A stretch of 59,500 nt of DNA from the NCBI GenBank assembly GCA_049286905.1, contig JBAQEU010000035.1, forward strand, positions 1 through 59,500, in the 5' to 3' direction. This document shows positions 8,820 to 14,428 of the stretch, piece after piece. The stretch comes from Minisyncoccia bacterium. Lineage in GTDB: Bacteria; Patescibacteriota; Minisyncoccia; Phycocordibacterales; Phycocordibacteraceae. Numbering within the stretch: position 1 is the stretch's first letter; each line of letters starts with the position of its first letter. The position numbers were made by a program, and so were the translations under genes. The notes under the pieces are model-generated. The model saw nothing but the letters and a program-made list of their open reading frames with translations, was not told where the DNA came from and searched no databases.

Positions 8820-9378
8820 TTTGGAAGTGCGCAACTCGCACTTTCGCCGGGCGGATGACTGTGTCGCCCACCTTCCATCCCTTCTCTAATACACCGGTAA
8901 TCGTATCATCTTTCTCTTTTTCGTCGGTCGGGTCTTGGCCGAGCGCTTCGTGAAGCGCGGGGTTGAACTGCTCGCCGACTACCCCTACTTCTGCGAGCCC
9001 GAGCGAAGTGAAGGCACTCTCAAGCTGGCGAGCGATAGCGGTGAAGCCCTCGGGAATCTCGCCGTGCTCCTTGGCGCGCTCAAGCGCATCAAATGCCGGA
9101 AGGAGCGTCTCGACTGCGCCTACCTTACCCCGTAACTCAGAAATCTTGGTCTCGGTTTCAAACCGTTTGAGGAGGTTCACATAGTCGGCTTTGGCCCTCT
9201 GCCAGCCGTCCATGTATTCCTGCTTCTCCTTGCGGCAGGTGGCGAGCTCGTCACGTGACTTGGCGAACTGCCGGTCAGCACCCCCTTCAAACGCCTCCTC
9301 GTCTTCGAGCACGTTGGTGTCAGGCACATTGACCCCAGCTTCTGGCTCCAGTACTACGTCTTCCTCGTGTTCATCCAT
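8815..9378 (-). CDS. grpE: nucleotide exchange factor GrpE
   Basis: 187 aa with an acidic N-terminus, a long helix, and a C-terminal GrpE-like block (VLEKGWKVGDTVIRPAKV). It sits directly upstream of dnaK. Confidence 0.88.
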   Translation of the reverse strand: MDEHEEDVVLEPEAGVNVPDTNVLEDEEAFEGGADRQFAKSRDELATCRKEKQEYMDGWQRAKADYVNLLKRFETETKISELRGKVGAVETLLPAFDALERAKEHGEIPEGFTAIARQLESAFTSLGLAEVGVVGEQFNPALHEALGQDPTDEKEKDDTITGVLEKGWKVGDTVIRPAKVRVAHFQS

Positions 9379-9384
9379 TTCTTC

Positions 9385-9390
9385 ATTATA
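9385..9390 (-). promoter_or_regulatory. -10 box TATAAT, 6 nt upstream of the grpE ATG (leaderless-type)
   Basis: The minus strand reads GGTTATAATgaagaaATG. Confidence 0.5.
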
Positions 9391-9411
9391 ACCGAAATGC
9401 CGCCCCGGGTC

Positions 9412-9444
9412 AAAAATAAAACGGGAAGGCGCGAGCCTTCCCGT
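9412..9444 (-). terminator. intrinsic terminator after the PurC-PurE gene
   Basis: ACGGGAAGG-loop-CCTTCCCGT stem followed, on the minus strand, by a T-rich run. Confidence 0.7.
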
Positions 9445-9465
9445 TGTCTCGTTTCGTTCGTCCTT

Positions 9466-10968
9466 TCAAGCGAACGTGGCGAGACTGATTTCTTCCATCG
9501 CTTTTGCAACCCGTGCCTTGACCGGGAATTCGCCGTTCGCGACGCGGTTCAGGGCTTCCGAGAAACCACTGGCCCCTTCGTATACCGTCCCTTCCATCTC
9601 GTTCATCACGACCGGCTGGCCGGGCAGTTGCGAGATCGAGAGCTTGGCCGCTTCGAGGTCGATACTGCCCTTCTCGCCAAGCGCGACACCAATGACCGGA
9701 ATTTCCTGGTTGCCGGTGCTGTGGATGACGGCATCCAGGATTCCAGGAAGCGCAAAGGCTTTCCCGCCAACGGCGATTACGGCATTAGCGCCCCGGCAGC
9801 CATGCGTCGCGAAGTAGAACATCTCCTTCGGGTTACGATGGCAACTCAGGACGAAGAAACTCCGTGTGTCGAGGATGCCGGAAGAGAACATGCCGTTTTC
9901 AAGTGCTTTCAGTACGGCATCCACCTTCGGGATGTCGCTCGTGCTCCCGAACACTATGGCGAGCGAGCGCTTCTTGTTTTCCACGGCGATGCCCATCACT
10001 TCGCGCTGGTACTGTTCAAGGCGCATCCCGGTTAGCCGCCAGAAAATATAGCGGTAGATCTGGGTCGTGGCCGCGATGAGCTTGGCCGGCACCTGGAGCG
10101 CCTGCACCAGTGCGATGTCTTCCGAAGACTTGGCATCGAGCTGGTCGATGCCTTGCTCCTTACCCCACTCCCGCACGAATTGCTTGTCGTACGAAGGCGG
10201 CGCTTTGCGCTTTTCGACGAGCGACCGCGATGCCCGCCATGCGGAGTGTTCCCAGAACCGGCTGGAGTCTGGAGTCAGAGCTTCGTCGGCGAGAAAGACG
10301 TTGCCGCTTTCGTCGCGTCCGAATTCGAACTTCGTGTCGGCAGTGATGATACCGCGACCCCGGGCTACCTTGCGACCGTACTCGAAGATTTCGAGCGTCA
10401 GCGCCGTCTCTTCAGGGAAATTTTCCTGCGTGAAAGCGGCGTCGACGTGCTCATCGTGGCCTTCCGCGGCTTTCGTCGTGGGGGTCGCGATTGTTTGCGG
10501 GAGCTTGTCGCCGTCCTGAAGGCCAGGCGGGAGCGAGATGCCGCAGACAGTGCCAGTTTTCAAATAACTTTTCCAGCCAGTGCCGGTCAGGTATTTGCGA
10601 GCGACGAACTCGCGGTCGGTCATTGAGAGCTTGCGTACCACCATCGCCTGCATTTGCAGTTGAGGGTTCTTCCGCAGGGCCGCAGGCAGATACGGGTCGA
10701 TAGCCGGCCCGGCCGCGACGAGGTGCGTCGGGATGCCGAGCTCTTTTTCGATACGGGTGAGCCAGAAGTGGCTCATGGCCGTGAGTATCGCGCCTTTTTC
10801 GGGCACAAGCGCATTCAACACGAAATCGAAAATGCTGATGCCGTTGGTGGCGACGATGAGCAAGAGACCGTTCGGCAGTCTGTAGGTATCGCGGACTTTG
10901 CCGCGGTTAAGCAGTTCAAGATCCGGGAGTACCGGGACGCTTTGACGCAGAGGCGAGAGTGCTGGCAT
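9466..10968 (-). CDS. purCE: bifunctional SAICAR synthetase (PurC) / PurE-like AIR carboxylase-mutase fusion
   Basis: 500 aa. The N-terminal ~330 aa are PurC-like (GKVRDTY, LLIVATNGISIFDFVL, ADTKFEFG). The C-terminal ~165 aa are PurE-like (LAIVFGSTSD, SCHRNP, VGGKAFALPG, PVIGVA). SD GGAGAA lies upstream. Confidence 0.85.
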   Translation of the reverse strand: MPALSPLRQSVPVLPDLELLNRGKVRDTYRLPNGLLLIVATNGISIFDFVLNALVPEKGAILTAMSHFWLTRIEKELGIPTHLVAAGPAIDPYLPAALRKNPQLQMQAMVVRKLSMTDREFVARKYLTGTGWKSYLKTGTVCGISLPPGLQDGDKLPQTIATPTTKAAEGHDEHVDAAFTQENFPEETALTLEIFEYGRKVARGRGIITADTKFEFGRDESGNVFLADEALTPDSSRFWEHSAWRASRSLVEKRKAPPSYDKQFVREWGKEQGIDQLDAKSSEDIALVQALQVPAKLIAATTQIYRYIFWRLTGMRLEQYQREVMGIAVENKKRSLAIVFGSTSDIPKVDAVLKALENGMFSSGILDTRSFFVLSCHRNPKEMFYFATHGCRGANAVIAVGGKAFALPGILDAVIHSTGNQEIPVIGVALGEKGSIDLEAAKLSISQLPGQPVVMNEMEGTVYEGASGFSEALNRVANGEFPVKARVAKAMEEISLATFA

Positions 10969-10997
10969 GACTGTTCTCCATATGGTTCAAGGTTCGT

Positions 10998-11040
10998 CGC
11001 TACGTGAGTGACTTGGAAGTCGGACTTCCAAGTCGTAGCG
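10998..11040 (-). promoter_or_regulatory. long hairpin in the purCE leader
   Basis: CGCTAC(bulge)GACTTGGAAGTC-G-GACTTCCAAGTCGTAGCG gives a 12-bp perfect core plus a 6-bp outer stem. It lies 30-70 nt upstream of the start. No U-run follows. Confidence 0.4.
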
Positions 11041-11076
11041 TTTGGGGAGAATCCCCTTTTCTTTACTTCCTCCGTA

Positions 11077-11105
11077 ACACTATTTCAAAACGTCAACAAA
11101 TGCAA
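11077..11105 (-). promoter_or_regulatory. promoter cassette copy 1 (TTGCAT-17 nt-TAGTGT) upstream of purCE
   Basis: The 17-nt spacer ttgttgacgttttgaaa is identical to copy 2 (11777..11805). Confidence 0.4.
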
Positions 11106-11131
11106 CAGTACGAACATCGCGACTAAAAAAC

Positions 11132-11157
11132 AAAAGGCGCCGGTCGGGGCGCCTTTT
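11132..11157 (-). terminator. intrinsic terminator AAAAGGCGCC-loop-GGCGCCTTTT (cassette copy 1)
   Basis: Perfect stem with A and T runs. It is nearly identical to 11862..11888. Confidence 0.7.
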
Positions 11158-11164
11158 AAAGACT

Positions 11165-11713
11165 TCATACATTGAAGTCAAATCTCACCACATCCATGCA
11201 CAAATCGTGAATGCATACCTGAATGAGTATGAGCTTCAGTAGATAGTCAAAAAGATTGTCACGGCCGTAGCCGTCACCAAAGTCGCGAGTTATGGCGTCG
11301 ATGGACCAATCGGGCCGAATAATAAAGCCGGCTTGTATTAGTTGGTTCTTTTCGTCGGAAGATTGTGTCTGACGCACGAACTCCCAGAAAGCGAGCGAAC
11401 ACAGTTTGGAGATAGTGCCGCGTGCCAAAGCGCCCATTACTCTACTCGCATCCGAAGCATGGCGAAAATCGCGAGGAAACAACGGGTCAGGGAGTGATTT
11501 GCAAAACATTTCGCTCAAAGCCCACAACAGTTGAAGGTCTTTGTTCACATGACCGACCTCGCGTCCTTCTTCTTTGCAGATCTCAGGTACATTTTCGGCT
11601 ATGAACTTCGCACGTCTCCCTTTGATTTGTTGTGTGTAGAGATCGGGAAACTGCACCTTCACGATCTGCAACACCCCGTTTACGAATGCTTTCTGCCGTT
11701 TCGTGCTCATCAT
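11165..11713 (-). CDS. hypothetical protein (orphan, AT-richer island)
   Basis: 182-aa ORF with SD AAGGAGA 6 nt before ATGATG, its own promoter cassette and its own terminator. No motif recognised. Confidence 0.6.
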   Translation of the reverse strand: MMSTKRQKAFVNGVLQIVKVQFPDLYTQQIKGRRAKFIAENVPEICKEEGREVGHVNKDLQLLWALSEMFCKSLPDPLFPRDFRHASDASRVMGALARGTISKLCSLAFWEFVRQTQSSDEKNQLIQAGFIIRPDWSIDAITRDFGDGYGRDNLFDYLLKLILIQVCIHDLCMDVVRFDFNV

Positions 11714-11776
11714 TGATCTCCTTCTTGAAGGTGCATCTGTTACGGGACAATTCCCATTTCTATATCTCTGGCCGCA

Positions 11777-11805
11777 ATGCTATTTCAAAACGTCAACAAA
11801 CGCAA
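11777..11805 (-). promoter_or_regulatory. promoter cassette copy 2 (TTGCGT-17 nt-TAGCAT)
   Basis: The 21-nt core ctatttcaaaacgtcaacaaa is identical to 11080..11100. Confidence 0.45.
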
Positions 11806-11806
11806 C

Positions 11807-11827
11807 TACATAGGGTTATCCTATGTA
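11807..11827. repeat. 21-nt palindrome TACATAGGGTTATCCTATGTA (copy 2 of 2)
   Basis: It differs from 6821..6841 at one central base. It abuts the -35 of promoter cassette 2. Confidence 0.6.
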
Positions 11828-11861
11828 TCTAGGGACTTACGATGTCCCTAAAATATAAAAC

Positions 11862-11888
11862 AAAAGGCGCCGGGTCAGGGCGCCTTTT
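11862..11888 (-). terminator. intrinsic terminator AAAAGGCGCC-loop-GGCGCCTTTT (cassette copy 2)
   Basis: Same stem as 11132..11157. It lies 3' of the 111-aa gene. Confidence 0.7.
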
Positions 11889-11902
11889 GGCGAATGCGAG
11901 AT

Positions 11903-12238
11903 TCAGACTTCCAGAGCGGGCCGAACGAATTTAGTGCCGCGACTCATTTCCAAGTCCAAGATGGATTCGACAAGGACGCCTGGTACACGCTCCCACCAGC
12001 CGTGGGAAGAGTCGTACACGTCATTTGTCTCTAGCCTGTCGCCGACTATCAGAATCATTCCGAAAATCGTTTGTTCCCGATCCATCTTGTGCGCATGATG
12101 GATGTTGTGTCGGGCCGAGGGGTCGATGTCTGGGACATCGGTTTGTGCAGTTTGTGCGCTTTGCATGGTGTCGCCTTTCCATTCCAAGTTGTCGCTATGA
12201 GAATCATAGCGTTTGGGGCCAATCCCCATGTGGTTCAT
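11903..12238 (-). CDS. hypothetical protein (orphan, AT-richer island)
   Basis: The track ORF 11903..12247 begins with TTG. The first ATG (MNHMGIG) is at 12238, 8 nt after a TAGCAT box. His/Asp-rich, with no motif recognised. Confidence 0.5.
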   Translation of the reverse strand: MNHMGIGPKRYDSHSDNLEWKGDTMQSAQTAQTDVPDIDPSARHNIHHAHKMDREQTIFGMILIVGDRLETNDVYDSSHGWWERVPGVLVESILDLEMSRGTKFVRPALEV

Positions 12239-12246
12239 CTGCGGCA

Positions 12247-12275
12247 ATGCTATTTGATGTGGTGAACAAAAGCAA
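12247..12275 (-). promoter_or_regulatory. promoter cassette copy 3, diverged (TTGCTT-17 nt-TAGCAT)
   Basis: It shares gcaatgctattt...aacaaa with copy 2. Confidence 0.35.
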
Positions 12276-12359
12276 ACCTATATGTAACAAGGTCGAACTT
12301 TGCTTCAGAACAAAAGCAGATGCGGAAGGATTTTTTTAGTCGCTAAAATCCAAAAGAGA

Positions 12360-12368
12360 TGTGGATAA
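12360..12368 (-). promoter_or_regulatory. perfect DnaA box (TTATCCACA on the minus strand)
   Basis: The plus strand reads TGTGGATAA, in non-coding DNA 131 nt upstream of the anomalous tRNA. Confidence 0.55.
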
Positions 12369-12390
12369 CGAATAAAAACACTCTTGCGTG

Positions 12391-12399
12391 TGCTATACT
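12391..12399 (+). promoter_or_regulatory. extended -10 promoter TGcTATACT
   Basis: The plus strand reads gtgTGCTATACTttg. There is no good -35. Confidence 0.4.
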
Positions 12400-12405
12400 T
12401 TGTGG

Positions 12406-12466
12406 TAAAGGCACGAGAGAATCTCCTTGTAGAAGAACTCGTTAGCCACTGACGAGTTCTTTTTTG
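12406..12466 (+). ncRNA. candidate ~60-nt small RNA or tRNA leader
   Basis: It is bounded by the extended -10 (12391..12399) and a canonical terminator: AGAACTCGT-tagccactg-ACGAGTTCT followed by TTTTT (12434..12466). No meaningful ORF lies inside. Confidence 0.3.
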
Positions 12467-12498
12467 TTGAGTGACAAACAGTTTTGGGGCCAATTGGG

Positions 12499-12585
12499 GC
12501 CGCCGTGGTGGAATTGGTAGACACAGTAGTTTTCCAAATTACCTTCCTAGCGGGAATACGAGTTCGAATCTCGTCGGCGGCACCA
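12499..12585 (+). tRNA. class II (Leu-type body) tRNA with anticodon loop TTTCCAA, i.e. anticodon UCC; CCA encoded
   Basis: Manual cloverleaf. Acceptor GCCGCCG/CGGCGGC. D arm GTG-GAATTGGTAGA-CAC. Anticodon arm GTAGT-TTTCCAA-ATTAC. 15-nt variable arm CTTCCTAGCGGGAAT. T arm ACGAG-TTCGAAT-CTCGT, then A73 and CCA. Confidence 0.75.
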
Positions 12586-12662
12586 ATTGTTCCCAAAACT
12601 ATCAATCACCTAATTTATTATAGCGGCAGCTCGCCATGACTAGCATGTATTGCACGCAAAAA

Positions 12663-12671
12663 TGTGGATAA
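12663..12671 (-). promoter_or_regulatory. perfect DnaA box (TTATCCACA on the minus strand)
   Basis: The plus strand reads TGTGGATAA, 78 nt downstream of the tRNA. It is followed by the inverted repeat TTGACAtaacttTGTCAA. Confidence 0.55.
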
Positions 12672-12726
12672 CTTAACTTGCAGTATTGTAAGCTGTTGAC
12701 ATAACTTTGTCAAATTACGTTCTTTG

Positions 12727-12998
12727 ATTCCGATAATGGCCGTCTCGGAAGAATAAATCTTGGTGCTAGAAAACCTCTATTGCTAGACAACAGGGCATGC
12801 GAAGTCTTTCGTATGTGCCATGATTTATTAGCTAACCCGATTGTTTATGTCTAAACAAAAACACGTCGTTCATCGCGACAGTGAGACTGGGCAGTTCGTT
12901 ACTGAAAGGTACGCGGACCGACACCCTAAGACCACTGAGCGTGAGATAGTGCCGTAAGGCATGATGGTTGCCCCTTCAGGGGCGGCCATTATCGGAAT
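12727..12998. repeat. perfect 16-bp inverted repeats (ATTCCGATAATGGCCG / CGGCCATTATCGGAAT) enclosing 240 nt
   Basis: The arms are at 12727..12742 and 12983..12998. The interior holds a 36-codon ORF and several local hairpins. Confidence 0.6.
12847..12957 (+). CDS. possible 36-aa basic peptide MSKQKHVVHRDSETGQFVTERYADRHPKTTEREIVP
   Basis: ATG...TAA read by eye; too short for the ORF track. No SD. From memory it resembles widespread tiny proteins of the type ..SG.FVT..YA..HP.TT... Confidence 0.3.
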   Translation: MSKQKHVVHRDSETGQFVTERYADRHPKTTEREIVP

Positions 12999-13029
12999 TA
13001 AATTAAAACCACTGGTCTGAAGTTGAACT

Positions 13030-13971
13030 TTAAACAGATATTTTTTCTTTTTTGATTAAATTCTCAATTTTGTGATAGGCGTGTACTATCGTCGTATGAT
13101 CTCTTCCGCCCAGTATCGCTCCTATCCTCGGGAAAGAAAGTCGAAGTTTCTTGCGCATTAAATACATTGCTATATGGCGTGGGAATACAAGATGAGCTCT
13201 TCTGCTTTTCCCCACCAATTCTTCGTTGGATATCCCATAAGTTAAACAGACACTGGAAATAAGATTTTGAACGGCTACTTCGCTATAGGGAGCGAGTTTA
13301 CGCATTTTTTTAACTTCAATATGGACAGGAGTCACTACAGGATGGATAAGGGTTGCTACGGGCGCGGCAAGAACCTTCAATAAAGCTCCGTTTAAGAGTT
13401 GGCGGATACGTTCTCTTGTAAGTCCGTATTTTTTTGCAATTGTGTCGTAAGTCCGACCTTGAAATCTGAGAGTTAATATTTCATTTTCTCTTTCTGTAAT
13501 TTGATTAGTGTTTGATTGGTGATGTTTTATAACTCCATCGCTTTGTTTTTCAATCAGACCGAAGAACTGATCGGTGACTGAGAATTCGGTTAGAGAAATA
13601 ATTTCTACCCCATCTTTATAAACTTCCTGCATTTCATTTTCAAAGTCCTTCGTCCTTATTTGCCGAAGTAAATCATGCAGAACTTTGTTTCTTTTTGTTC
13701 GATACCGATCCAATAAACTTTTCTTTTCACTCGGAAGCCATCCACAGGAAATTAAGAACTTAGTAAGTTCGTTCAAGCTATAGTTGTCAGTCTTAGTTTT
13801 TAAAGACTGTATTACTTTTGGCTCGGATGTCTTTATTGAAATTCTCAATTTAATATCCGCGAACAGTTTTATTAGACTCTCAATATAAGCACTTTGTAAT
13901 ACAAAAGCCTCGAGAATATTTCCTTCATCTCGGTACCTCTCTATCCTACCCATTAGTTCATCTTTTTTCAT
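13030..13971 (-). CDS. DNA-binding protein: unknown N-terminal domain + sigma-70 region-4-like HTH + DnaA domain IV-like C-terminus
   Basis: 313 aa, markedly AT-rich. Residues ~158-200 (ITERENEILTLRFQGRTYDTIAKKYGLTRERIRQLL) are r4/LuxR-like. Residues ~235-305 (ISSVCLTYGIS..LVGKSRRAHLVFPRHIAMYLMRK..LSFPRIGAILGGRDHTTIVHAYHKI) match the DnaA C-terminal DNA-binding signature. Confidence 0.8.
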   Translation of the reverse strand: MKKDELMGRIERYRDEGNILEAFVLQSAYIESLIKLFADIKLRISIKTSEPKVIQSLKTKTDNYSLNELTKFLISCGWLPSEKKSLLDRYRTKRNKVLHDLLRQIRTKDFENEMQEVYKDGVEIISLTEFSVTDQFFGLIEKQSDGVIKHHQSNTNQITERENEILTLRFQGRTYDTIAKKYGLTRERIRQLLNGALLKVLAAPVATLIHPVVTPVHIEVKKMRKLAPYSEVAVQNLISSVCLTYGISNEELVGKSRRAHLVFPRHIAMYLMRKKLRLSFPRIGAILGGRDHTTIVHAYHKIENLIKKEKISV

Positions 13972-13991
13972 TAATCTTTATTCAAACAAAC

Positions 13992-14017
13992 AAAAACCGC
14001 CCATGGGGACGGTTTTT
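13992..14017 (-). terminator. intrinsic terminator after rpsI
   Basis: AAAAACCGCCC-atg-GGGaCGGTTTTT hairpin with a T-run on the minus strand. Confidence 0.6.
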
Positions 14018-14025
14018 GTAAGTGC

Positions 14026-14424
14026 TTAGCGCTTGCTCCACTGCTTGGCCTTGCGAGCCTTCACGAGGCCTGGCTTCTTGCGCTCTTTGGCACGAGGGTC
14101 GCGCTTCATGAGGCCGGCGGCCTTGAGCACCGTGCGAGTCTTCGGCTCTACCTTGGTAAGCGCGCGGCTGATAGCGTGGCGGAGTGCGTCTGCCTGGCCG
14201 GCGATGCCGCCTCCCTCGACGTGTGCGACGACTTCGTAGTTGTCGGCGCTGTCGGCGATGGTGAGGGCTTCCTCAGCGACCTTGGTGCGGAGATCAGTCT
14301 TGAAGTAATCCTTAGCAGTCTTGCCGTTGACCATAACGCTCGACTTAGCGGCCTTCAGCATGCGTACTGACGCGATAGCGGTCTTGCGGCGTCCGACGGC
14401 GGTGATGTAAATTGTTGATGCCAT
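14026..14424 (-). CDS. rpsI: 30S ribosomal protein S9
   Basis: 132 aa with GRRKTAIASV and GGGIAGQADALRHAISRAL, ending in a basic KR tail. Confidence 0.95.
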   Translation of the reverse strand: MASTIYITAVGRRKTAIASVRMLKAAKSSVMVNGKTAKDYFKTDLRTKVAEEALTIADSADNYEVVAHVEGGGIAGQADALRHAISRALTKVEPKTRTVLKAAGLMKRDPRAKERKKPGLVKARKAKQWSKR

Positions 14425-14428
14425 ACTA

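Noticed and set aside
10998-11057. Purine, ZTP or PRPP riboswitch in the purCE leader.
   Set aside because: The hairpins lack the conserved junction and loop sequences of those classes as far as I can recall, and the main one is a perfect DNA palindrome. An Rfam scan is needed before any riboswitch claim.
12305-12605. Track ORFs 12305..12493 and 12393..12605 (minus strand).
   Set aside because: They overlap the tRNA gene and the promoter/terminator unit. They are AT-rich, low-complexity translations with no start signals.
12250-13030. Chromosomal replication origin (oriC).
   Set aside because: Only two consensus DnaA boxes are present, with no cluster of degenerate boxes that I could see. 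There is no dnaA, dnaN or gyrB nearby, and I identified no obvious AT-rich 13-mer unwinding repeats. It is kept as a DnaA-box regulatory or element-origin hypothesis instead.
11040-13971. Calling the AT-richer region a mobile element or prophage remnant integrated at the tRNA.
   Set aside because: I found no integrase, transposase, or phage structural or replication gene, and no direct repeat of the tRNA 3' end. Only compositional and modular hints exist, so it is reported as an accessory island and not annotated as mobile_element.
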